Shown piece after piece: positions 54,780 to 64,000 of a DNA stretch of 64,000 nt. The stretch is from Octopus bimaculoides (lineage: Eukaryota), in NCBI RefSeq assembly GCF_001194135.2, contig NC_068984.1, positions 130,479,744 through 130,543,743 of the forward strand. Direction: 5' to 3'. A program made the translations under genes and the position numbers. The notes beneath the pieces were generated by a model. The model saw only the letters and a program-made list of their open reading frames with translations. It searched no databases and was not told the DNA's origin. Numbering within the stretch: position 1 is the first letter of the stretch; each line of letters starts with the position of its first letter.

Positions 54780-55083
54780 CTGGCTCTTGTGCGGGTGACA
54801 CATGAAATGTTTCGAGCGGGCTCGATGCCAGTGCCCCTGGGCCGGCTTGCGGGTGACACATGAAATCTTTCGAGCGAGATCGTTGCCGGTGCCCCTGGGC
54901 CGGCTTGCGGGTGACACATGAGGTTTTTCGAGCGAGGTCGTTGCCGGTGCCCCCGGGCTGGCTTGTGTGCGGGCGACACATGGGGTCTTTCGAGCGGGAT
55001 CGTTGCCAGTGCCCCTGGACTGGCTCTTGTGTGGGTGACACATGAAATCTTTCGAGCGGGATCGTTGCCAGTGCCCCTGGACT
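54780..55083 (+). repeat. GC/CpG-rich minisatellite, ~58-62-bp unit, 5 visible copies, running into the gap
   Basis: Unit CTGGCTCTTGTGCGGGTGACACATGAAATCTTTCGAGCGGGATCGTTGCCAGTGCCCCTGGA with variants. Confidence 0.92.
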
Positions 55084-55722
55084 NNNNNNNNNNNNNNNNN
55101 NNNNNNNNNNNNNNNNNNNNNNNNNNNNNNNNNNNNNNNNNNNNNNNNNNNNNNNNNNNNNNNNNNNNNNNNNNNNNNNNNNNNNNNNNNNNNNNNNNNN
55201 NNNNNNNNNNNNNNNNNNNNNNNNNNNNNNNNNNNNNNNNNNNNNNNNNNNNNNNNNNNNNNNNNNNNNNNNNNNNNNNNNNNNNNNNNNNNNNNNNNNN
55301 NNNNNNNNNNNNNNNNNNNNNNNNNNNNNNNNNNNNNNNNNNNNNNNNNNNNNNNNNNNNNNNNNNNNNNNNNNNNNNNNNNNNNNNNNNNNNNNNNNNN
55401 NNNNNNNNNNNNNNNNNNNNNNNNNNNNNNNNNNNNNNNNNNNNNNNNNNNNNNNNNNNNNNNNNNNNNNNNNNNNNNNNNNNNNNNNNNNNNNNNNNNN
55501 NNNNNNNNNNNNNNNNNNNNNNNNNNNNNNNNNNNNNNNNNNNNNNNNNNNNNNNNNNNNNNNNNNNNNNNNNNNNNNNNNNNNNNNNNNNNNNNNNNNN
55601 NNNNNNNNNNNNNNNNNNNNNNNNNNNNNNNNNNNNNNNNNNNNNNNNNNNNNNNNNNNNNNNNNNNNNNNNNNNNNNNNNNNNNNNNNNNNNNNNNNNN
55701 NNNNNNNNNNNNNNNNNNNNNN

Positions 55723-56053
55723 TCTACTATAGCCTTGGGCCGACCAAAGCCTTGTGAGTGGATTTGGTAGACGGAAACTAAAAGAAGCCCGTCGTATAAA
55801 TGTATATATATATATATGTATGTGTGTGTATATGTTTGTGTGTCTGTGTTTGTCCCCCCAACATCGCTTGACAACCGGTGCTGGTGTGTTTACGTACCCG
55901 TAACTTAGCGGTTCGGCAAAAGAGACCGACAGAATAAGTACTAGGCTTACAAAGAATACGTCCTGGGGTCGATTTCTTCGACTAAAGGCGGTGCTCCAGC
56001 ATGGCCGCAGTCCAATGACTGAAACAAGTAAAGAGAGTAAAAGAGAGTAAAGA
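55723..56053 (+). mobile_element. Same CORE-like SINE family; 5' end in gap
   Basis: High identity to 37380-37696. Other copies lie near 33477-33860, 42280-42445, 38235-38345, 3900-4025, 18120-18345 (-) and 60370-60665. Confidence 0.85.
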
Positions 56054-56109
56054 GTTCTGGATACAATTAAGAAATACATGATTGCCATGATTGGAATGTC
56101 TTTGATCAC

Positions 56110-56202
56110 AGGTCTGCTAGATTAAGTTAATCCTAGGTCTGCTGGATTAAGGTAATCCTAGGTCTGCTGCATTAAGGTAATCATAGGTCTGCTGGATTAA
56201 GG
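56110..56202 (+). repeat. 25-bp tandem repeat x3.7
   Basis: AGGTCTGCTGGATTAAGGTAATCCT unit. Confidence 0.9.
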
Positions 56203-56265
56203 CCACCCAACAACAACAGCATACACACACACATACACACATTTTATATATATACATATACTTAC

Positions 56266-56446
56266 TGTATTTGGCAGGGTCGTCATCAGCTCCAATCCCT
56301 CAGCATGTACCTGCAGCAGTGCAAACACGTCCTTTGATGCAATTGCTTGTTGCAGTTCCTGTTTCAAGTCTTCCTTGTCTGTGCATGTCTGGATCACATA
56401 TTTGTGCTGTTCATATTTCGCCTTGATAAACTCTCGACGTTTGTTC
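56266..56446 (-). CDS. ASAP: ASAP ArfGAP C-terminal exon (MNKRREFIKAKYEQHKY...ALLQVHAEGLELMTTLPNT)
   Basis: ctttgaccag|...|gtaagt; 181 nt, phase 2-0; RxEFIxAKY and LLQVxAEG motifs. Confidence 0.95.
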
Positions 56447-57397
56447 CTGGTCAAAGAAGCAACAACACAAAAATAAACTGTCAAGAATTTTTCTGAGATG
56501 AAGGGGTTTGTTAAACTAATTTAAGACTCAGAAACAATGATCATCATCATCATCATCACCAACACCAGGCCTTGTGTCTACAATAGGTTTCTTTCTGCTA
56601 TAAGCACAAGATCTGAAATTTTGGTGGTGAGTGGGGGATAGTTGGTTATATTGACTACATCAACCTCAGTATTCAACTGGTACCTATTTTATCGAGCTAC
56701 AAAAGATGAAAGGTAAAGTGGAACTCAGCAGAATTTGAATTCAGAATGTAAAGACGGACGAAATGCCAGCAAGCATTTTGTCTGGTGTCTGGTGTCCTTG
56801 CGATTCAACCAACTTACTGCCTTATCTTGTAGATTTGAGATTTTGATGAAACTACAGTTACTTTTTAGAATAATGATGTAGGGTTGGTGTGTGAGGCCAA
56901 ATCTGGCCATGAACATAGAGCTGGTAGAATAGTTTTGAGCTGGATATGGCCAGTTTAAATACTAAAGGGCTAAACATGCTAATGATTCCAGCAGCTCTAA
57001 GACTAATAATAATAACACAACACCACAAGTAATTTTGAGGGGAGGAGTTCAGTCAGTTACATCAACCATGGAACATGATTGTTTTAATTGTGGATGCTGG
57101 GGAGATAAATAGTGATGACTGCTTCTAAGACAGGCATAAGGCCTAAAAACTTGGTGAGGGGGAGTCAGTTGATTCAATTGACTCCTAATACTTTATGTTA
57201 CTGACCTAAAAGATGAAAGGCAAAATTGACCTGCGAGGATTTCTTTCCTGTTCATAACATTCTATTGGTGTTGACTTACAAAGGCTCGAGAAAAACATTA
57301 ATGGCATCAATCTCACTGGTCTTGGAGGGCCTGTATAGACCATAGACACTGCACCTTTCTTGGGACCCAGCAAGTAGAAACAAAAAGATATGTAGCA

Positions 57398-57460
<63 letters not shown>

Positions 57461-57492
57461 CAGAGAGGAAGAGAGATAGAAGATGTACTTAC

Positions 57493-57587
57493 ATGCCACT
57501 TGTCGCCTTTGGTTTCAGTGAAGTGTCAAATGCTAATTTGGCTTCCATGATGTCATTGAAATTGCTGTTACCCACCGCTCTTGCTAA
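57493..57587 (-). CDS. ASAP: ASAP ArfGAP exon (LARAVGNSNFNDIMEAKLAFDTSLKPKATSG)
   Basis: ccatttcag|...|gtaagt; 95 nt, phase 0-2; GNxxFNDIMEA motif. Confidence 0.95.
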
Positions 57588-57750
57588 CTGAAATGGAGAT
57601 AGATGATCATATAAGATATGTGTGTGTATGTGTGTGTGTGTGTATGTGTGTGTGTAAAAGAAATAATTAAGATTCAGTTGAATTAGATACCTAAGTTGAG
57701 GCACCAAGTCAGTCCGGTATTATCTGCACGGCTCGAAGTAAGGTGAATAA

Positions 57751-57962
57751 AAAGCAAATAAGTAACAAGGATGTCCAGCTATTAGTGCATCATGGCCGTT
57801 TCAAGCAGCTCCATTTAATCAATCAATGCAAACATTACATCAATTTGAAATACACCGGTGTATTTCAAATTGATGTAATGTTTGCATTGATTGATTAAAT
57901 GGAGCTGCTTGAAACGGCTGTGATGCACTAATAGCTGGACATCCTTGTTACTTATTTGCTTT
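57751..57962. repeat. 212-bp loopless palindrome (106-bp arms, 2 mismatches)
   Basis: Centre TACACC|GGTGTA at 57856/57857; arms checked base by base. Confidence 0.95.
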
Positions 57963-58172
57963 ATATATATACATATATATATATATTTTGTGTGTGTATG
58001 AATACAATATTTTAGAGAGGGAGAGAGAGAGGAGGAATCAACCTTCAACCAGCGTGTAGGACTGCTGCTTTATTTACAGTCTCTTCAAAAGGATGAAGAG
58101 CAAAGCTGACCTTATGGTATTTGAACTCAGAATCATTATCTAACACCCATGTTCCATGTTGGCATGTGTGGG

Positions 58173-58206
<34 letters not shown>

Positions 58207-58209
<3 letters not shown>

Positions 58210-58386
58210 TGGCACGTAAAAGCACCCACTACACTCTCGGAGTGGGTGGCGTTAGGAAGGGCATCCAGCTGTAGAAACTCTGCCAAATCAGATTGGAGCC
58301 TGGTGTAGCCATCTGGTTCACCAGTTCTCAGTCAAATCGTCCAACCCATGCTAGCATGGAAAGCGGACGTTAAATGATGATGATGA
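58207..58386 (+). mobile_element. Young retroposon 3' portion with (GAT)n tail
   Basis: CACTACACTCTCGGAGTGG...CCAACCCATGCTAGCATGGAAAGCGGACGTTAAA(TGA)n; near-identical copies at 2016-2170, 18361-18540 and 47168-47316. Confidence 0.85.
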
Positions 58387-58416
58387 CTAGAAGGTTTGGA
58401 GGTGATGTACAGGAAT

Positions 58417-58639
58417 TATATATTAGAAAAAATAATAAGGTACTCAGATATCTGGATGGTTGTACATTTACAGATTTTTATTAATATGTCACATGTTTTT
58501 ATAAATTAGCGCTTGCATCTATTCTAGTAGATTCTCCAGGTTTAATTTTTCTTGAGAAGATTTGTCTCTTTTTAAAAGAAACATTTTAATAAAAATCTGT
58601 AAATGTACAACCATCCAGATATCTGAGTACCTTATTATT

Positions 58640-58653
<14 letters not shown>
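58417..58653. mobile_element. MITE-like element with ~68-bp perfect terminal inverted repeats, adjoining (TA)n
   Basis: 58417-58484 is the reverse complement of 58586-58653; about 100-bp spacer. Confidence 0.85.
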
Positions 58654-58683
<30 letters not shown>

Positions 58684-59016
58684 TGTGTGTGTGTGTGTGT
58701 GTGTGTGTGTGCTTGTATCTTGTGTTTGTTCCCCACTGCACCTCTTTACAACCAATGTTGATTTGTTTATGTTCCTGTAATGAAGCAGTTTGACCAAAAG
58801 GACTGATAAAATAATTATGAGACTTTTAAAAAACAGAACATAAGCACTGGGGACAATTTGTTTAACAAACTAAAACCCTTTCAAGCAGTACCCCAACAAG
58901 GGGTGCCACCCAATGACCAAAACAAATAAAAGAAGATACAGGAAAATGCCATAGCTTGCTATAACCAATAACTTGAGGTACCTGAGAGAAATACGTGACA
59001 GCAAAGAGGTACATAC

Positions 59017-59150
59017 CAGCAGCTGGGATGTACCAAGTTCATCTATGACAATACTTTGTGTCCTACTGATGTGGACACCAACCTCACGATGAATACCACA
59101 GCACTCCAGACAGATCAAGATACCCAAGTTGGTGGACAACCACTCTGGAT
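59017..59150 (-). CDS. ASAP: ASAP ArfGAP catalytic exon ([45 protein letters not shown])
   Basis: ctttgcag|...|gtatgt; 134 nt, phase 1-0; completes CxxC-x16-CxxC-x4-R including the arginine finger. Confidence 0.97.
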
Positions 59151-59651
59151 CTGCAAAGAAAGAAATAGGTAGATATGGTATTGTAAGTGGTGGTGGTGGT
59201 GGTGGTGGTGGTGGTGATGGTGGTGGTGGTGGTGAAACTGATCACTGATGGTAGTGTTAAGGGCGGTAGCAGAGGTAGTGATTGTAGTAGTGGTGTTTGG
59301 GTCATAGTGACGGTGGTGCTGATGGTGGTAATGATTGTGGGAGGGGCATGTTGGTGGTAAAGTAGCAATGGCAATGTGGTGGTGGTGGTGGTGGTAATGA
59401 TGATGATGATGAAGAAGGTAATGACGATAATTATGATGATGATGGCAATGATGATGATGACGATGATGATGATGATGGCGATGATGATGATGATGGCGAT
59501 GATGATGATGATGGCGATGATGATGATGATGACGACAGCAGTTATTACAACAATAATAAGTTTGATTATAGTGATGACAGCAAGCTAATGTTGCCCAGGA
59601 AACCACATCAAGAAACTTTGAAAAAAAAAAAAAAAAAAAAAGAGAAAATAC

Positions 59652-59821
59652 CTGGTGCTCCACAATCGCAGCATGTCTTGTTGCCAGGCAACTGCTTCAC
59701 TCGTTCAATGATGCTACATGTCAGTTCACGGACACTCTGATTTATTGAGGTGGAATTGCTGTTGTCTTGGAATGCTTTCAGTAACACTTCCTCCTTGGCA
59801 TTGTTTAGTACCGAGATCCAT
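59652..59821 (-). CDS. ASAP: ASAP exon, PH end and first half of ArfGAP zinc finger (WISVLNNAKEEVLLKAF...LPGNKTCCDCGAP)
   Basis: ccgttacag|...CCAG|gtattt; 170 nt, phase 2-1. Confidence 0.95.
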
Positions 59822-60107
59822 CTGTAACGGCAGAATACATGTCAGATGATGAACTTCATAGAAACTTTTACAATAAAACTTATTGGGCAACCATAATGGT
59901 AAATCTGATAATCTTAGTTTCAAATTTTGAAATTGGTACGTTAACCACCACATGTATCCCCAGTGGATCATAGCAAACTTCACACAATTGCCATATGCAT
60001 CACCGATGGTACAGATGCACCACCAGTGGTACAATATTTTATTCTGTATCTTTGACATGGTTTTGAGGATATTTAAATAACATGAGTGCAAAATATTAAA
60101 TAACAGA

Positions 60108-60252
60108 CAAGGGGGTGCTGAAAAGTTCCTGGCTTTAAGGGTATTGTGAAAGGCCTGGTTGGAGGTTTAAGCTTCCGAGTTCTTTTACAGGGTTTAGAAA
60201 AACCGAAGGACCACTGCAATAAGTGTCTGAATCTTTTCAGCACCCCCTCATA
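60108..60252 (+). mobile_element. Internally deleted mariner-like element
   Basis: TIRs AGGGGGTGCTGAAAAG / CTTTTCAGCACCCCCT; right end followed by TA. Confidence 0.7.
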
Positions 60253-60836
60253 AGTGCTAAATATTAAAGTTAATCATGAAATATTAGTGTTAAACTTCTC
60301 TCATAAATTCAGTATTAAACTTAGAAATAAACTGTATGATGAGATCTTCAGAAGTAGATTTGGAATGGTTGTGTCGTTAAGAACCTTGCTTTGCAGCCAC
60401 ATGGTTCCAGGTTCAGTCTCATTGTGCAGCACTTTGGGAAAATGCCCTTTACTATACCCTGGGCCAACTAGAAATTGTGTGGAAGTACATCACATGTATG
60501 TGTGTACGTATATATATATATACACACACATAATGACAGGCTTCTTTCAGTTTCCATTCACCAAATCCAATCACAAGGGTTTGGTTGGCCCAGGGCTATA
60601 GTAGAAGGCCTTTGCCCAAGGAACTGTGCACTGGAACTGAACTCAAGATTACAGGCTTGGGAAGCAAACTTCAAACTTCTCAAACATCCATTTCCTCCTG
60701 CACTTGTAATTTTTTCTTTTTTAAATCAAAAAAATATATGCACTGAAATTAAGGACTTGCTTTACTCTACTCTAAAGAAAGACCCTATTGTTTTGTAAAG
60801 TTTTGATGTGAAGCAAATTAGTAAGGTAGAACTCAC

Positions 60837-60885
60837 TCTTCCATTTCTTTCTCATCATCTGCTTGGAAATGGTAAGTTCGATTTT
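60837..60885 (-). CDS. ASAP: ASAP PH exon (KNRTYHFQADDEKEME)
   Basis: tatttttcag|...|gtgagt; 49 nt, phase 1-2; NRTYHFQA motif. Confidence 0.95.
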
Positions 60886-61453
60886 CTGAAAAATACAACA
60901 ACAGTGTATTGGATAAACTTTGACAAATATAAAATGAACGAGAGACTTACAGAGAACAAAGATGTTTCTACTTTTGATGAGCAATAGTTTTCATCATCAT
61001 CATCAACAACAACTATCCTCTTTGTGGACGTATGTTTCTGGTTTGATAAACATCATCAGAACAACAATTGTTTAACCTTATCTCCAGAAGTCAAGCAACT
61101 TAGACTTATACAAAACAGAGTAGAATACATTTTATAGTCTGGGTAATTTGCATAATTTAAACAAAAACTGCTCGAAGTGGCCAATTGTATGTATTTGAAC
61201 AACATAGGAAAATACAGGTATATCAAATACCATACAACATTAATTCTTGATTTATTAAAATTATCTCCACCTCTAGAGGATGTGCCATAATTACCAAATG
61301 GAAATTAAGACCAACTCTGCTTAAGAAGGGGAGATAATCTCAAGGTTCAAGAATCAGAACTGGCCACTCAGAGTTATTTCTCCTAGCTCAATTCTGTTTA
61401 AATTAAGTAAGGGTTACATTGATGAATGGAAAAGAGCAAAACAGAAAACTTAC

Positions 61454-61505
61454 TTGAACTAGATATCAAATCAAAATATTTCTTGCCAGGATCATCTGGT
61501 ACTAA
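61454..61505 (-). CDS. ASAP: ASAP PH exon (LVPDDPGKKYFDLISSS)
   Basis: ttattttcag|...|gtaagt; 52 nt, phase 0-1; KKxFDLIS motif. Confidence 0.93.
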
Positions 61506-62126
61506 CTGAAAATAAAAGAAAGCAAACATCATGAGAAAATGTCCAGTAAAACCAATCTGTTTTATTGACATTGTTAATAATTTTGTGAAGGGGAAAACAT
61601 TAAAAATATATAAAAATAAAATTATCAGATTGATTTTCTTAATTAAATTTTATTTATTTCAACCAAGTTAGTCCATATAAATATATTTATGTTTGTAAGT
61701 CATCATAGCCAGGCAGCCTTGCAAGGAAAACACACACACAGATACTCACTCACAGACAGGTAGATAGATGGGTGTACAAACACACAACATAAAATTTATA
61801 TTTATTTGTTACAAACAGATTGACTCAGAATTGCGTAACTTAACCCTTTAGTGTTCAGATTACTCAGTCAAAAGTAATGCCTAATCTTTCAAATTGTTTT
61901 GAATTAATCATGCATTATCTCATAGCTTTCAGATTTCAATGATGTGATTGTTTATTTTTAGAATGACATTTCAGGGCAGTTGTGAAAGGCCAGATCTGGT
62001 CACTTTGAATACAAAACAGGTAGAATATTTAGGCCGGATATGACCAGTTTGAATGTTAAAGGGTGAACGTTTCACAGTAATTAGAAATACGCTACTCAGT
62101 TAACTGCTTCTGAAGAGGTGTGTGTG

Positions 62127-62187
<61 letters not shown>

Positions 62188-62207
62188 GAGAGAGAATAAA
62201 TACTTAC

Positions 62208-62255
62208 TTTTACTTGGCAGGTGAGCAGATTCAATTTTACAGGGTCTTTACTTTC
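62208..62255 (-). CDS. ASAP: ASAP PH exon (ESKDPVKLNLLTCQVK)
   Basis: tatttcag|...|gtaagt; 48 nt, phase 0-0; KLNLLTCQVK is an ASAP hallmark. Confidence 0.95.
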
Positions 62256-62924
62256 CTGAAATACAAGAATAACATCAATAAATAGAAACTCAATAACAAC
62301 AATAATGTTTCCTCACATTCATCCAAAGCTTTACATATCCTCAGGAAGTACATTATTGATTGAATCAACACCAATACATAACTGATACTTTTATTAAACA
62401 ACAATAATGAAAAGCCATCTTTTAGTCAATATCAAATCACTCCATGATCTGACCACCTTCCACATGGCCTAGTGGTAAAAGTGTTACACTCACAATCATA
62501 AGACAATGGTTTCAAATCCCAGATCGGGTAGTCCGTGGTGTTCTTGAACAAAACACTTCATTTCAAGTTGTTCAGTTTACTCAACCCTAAACGAGTTCCA
62601 GGAATATCTGGGACACCAACATCCTGTTCATGGGGAATGTTGTAATTTCAGTAAATTTAGTGCTATAGAAAACCAGGGCTTTGATTCCCAGATTGAGTGG
62701 CACATAATATTCTTGAGTATAACACTCCATTTCATGTTGCACTCAATTTTTTTCAGCCATAAATGAGTTCCAGCAATTGATGGAAAGTTATCATTGATGC
62801 ATGATTACTAGAAATAAAAACCAATGAAGGAGCTTCTACATGGTCATTCAGCCTGCTAGAAATAATAGTCAAATGTCATTCTTTGACCTGGGACCAGACT
62901 GTAATAACTGATAATAAAGGTAAA

Positions 62925-63265
62925 AGTAAAAGCCCCTTTGGTCATGACTGACCATGGGATTGCACCTAGAAAGTTATCCTCCAAGGCACAAGTCCAGGCA
63001 GGGTTGTTTATGGAAGACCAGCAGTCACCCATGCATACCAGCCTCCCCTCTCCACACCACCGATGTTATCCAAGGGAAAGGCAAAGGCCGATACAACTTG
63101 GCATGAGTGACATCGCAACTCATTTCTAAAGCTGAGTGAACTGGAGCAATGTGAAATAAAGTGTCTTGCTCAAGAACACAACACACACTCCGGTCCGGGA
63201 ACTGAACTCACTACCTTATGACTGTGAGCCCCGATGCTCTAACCACTCAGCCATGCACCTTCACC
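62925..63265 (-). mobile_element. Third tRNA-headed SINE family; second copy at about 43395-43730
   Basis: Minus-strand head GTGAAGGTGCATGGCTGAGTGGTTAGAGCA...GAGTTCAGTTCC; collinear with 43395-43730; partial copies at 20110-20470, 49520-49640 and 62455-62600. Confidence 0.75.
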
Positions 63266-63389
63266 TAACTGATAATAAACAATTATAAATTAATTACTTC
63301 CTAAACACACACAAAGACTCTCTCCTTTCACTTGTCTCCAGAAAATCCTGAAGTTCTAACATGCAGAATGATTAAATAAATGAATAAAT

Positions 63390-63453
<64 letters not shown>

Positions 63454-63494
63454 ATAATAATAGTAGTAGTAGTAGTAGTAGTAGTAGTACTTAC

Positions 63495-63671
63495 ATCTTG
63501 ATGACTGATGGACATAGTTCCATCTTTGATGTTACACCTTCTCTTCTGCCACACTCTTCTCATTCGCCCCTCACTCTTTTTCAGCAGGTAACCTGTTTTC
63601 TGACTACCATGGCTTTTGTTGCCCTGAAGTTGGTGAAGGCTGTATCCTGACACTGAACTGCATGACGAAGG
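63495..63671 (-). CDS. ASAP: ASAP exon, start of PH domain (PSSCSSVSGYSLHQLQGNKSHGSQKTGYLLKKSEGRMRRVWQKRRCNIKDGTMSISHQD)
   Basis: Acceptor ttaaccag, donor GAT|gtaagt; 177 nt, phase 0-0; ASAP-type YSxHQLQGNK and GYLLKKSxG...VWQxR motifs. The 5' boundary is less certain than the 3'. Confidence 0.93.
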
Positions 63672-64000
63672 CTGGTTAACACAATGAAAAGCACACATAA
63701 ACATATACACACATATATATATATATGATATATTGTATATCGAAATAGCAATGATGTTTAACTGTGGTATAAGGGCCAGTTTTTTTGTTTTTTTTGTATT
63801 GGAGTTTTGTAGGGATGAGGGTGCTTGTGGGAGGTGTGATGTGTGAGTGGATGGGGTTGTGAAGTGTTGGGATTGTGAGGGACGGGTGGGGTTCTGAAGG
63901 GGTGGGAGTTATTTGAGGAATGTGTGAAGCAGGTTGTTAGAAGTGGTAGTTGCATGGAGTGGGGTGGGGTTCGTGGGGGGAGTAAGGGTGTGAGAGGAGG

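Larger units (their letters stand above)
9017..63671 (-). other. ASAP: ASAP-family ArfGAP gene (PH-ArfGAP-ANK-Pro-rich part), partial; 5' end (BAR) beyond right edge, SH3 exon not seen
   Basis: Chain of GT-AG exons with consistent phases whose joined translation matches the ASAP family ([60 protein letters not shown]). The span below 31108 rests on lower-confidence short exons. Confidence 0.93.

Noticed and set aside
54612-55083. Cys/His-containing repetitive ORFs and a CRISPR-like periodicity
   Set aside because: Units are contiguous ~60-bp tandem copies without unique spacers, there are no cas genes, and the context is eukaryotic; the peptides are read-through of a minisatellite.
2700-56109. 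Long ORFs made mostly of X (2700-3275, 21302-21912, 35781-36287, 37599-38060, 39750-40630, 53408-54218, 54715-56109)
   Set aside because: They are open only because they cross N-gaps; their flanks are TA or GA microsatellites.
59115-59663. 182-aa His-rich ORF and overlapping poly-Met/poly-Thr ORFs
   Set aside because: Translation of a (GAT/GGT)n tract inside the ASAP intron 59151-59651, which is bounded by good splice sites.

Overview
AT-rich eukaryotic genomic DNA dense in microsatellites and SINEs, with 8 N-gaps. The repeat landscape suggests an octopus or other coleoid cephalopod; this is an inference. One large intron-rich gene runs on the minus strand: an ASAP-family Arf GTPase-activating protein (ASAP1/2/3, Drosophila Asap type). 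I traced phase-consistent GT-AG exons from 63671 down to 46509 encoding the PH domain, the ArfGAP zinc finger (CxxC-x16-CxxC-x4-R), ankyrin repeats, the acidic linker and a Pro-rich segment. A large Pro-rich exon follows at 32155-32448, then several short candidate exons down to 9017. The N-terminal BAR domain lies beyond the right edge. No SH3 exon is visible, and the first-ankyrin exon is absent from the called sequence, probably hidden in an N-gap. Most notable observations: (1) two paralogous 21-nt microexons 8.6 kb apart; (2) a telomeric (TTAGGG)4 patch replacing part of a SINE; (3) two long near-perfect intronic palindromes with A-C mismatches on the pre-mRNA strand; (4) hammerhead-ribozyme-like motifs, including a tRNA-headed composite element; (5) a Dong/R4-type LINE fragment inside a chain of SINEs in (TAA)n; (6) a tandem duplication copying the 3' splice site of a candidate exon. 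There is no CRISPR array, rRNA or true tRNA. Coordinates were counted by hand and no database searches were run.
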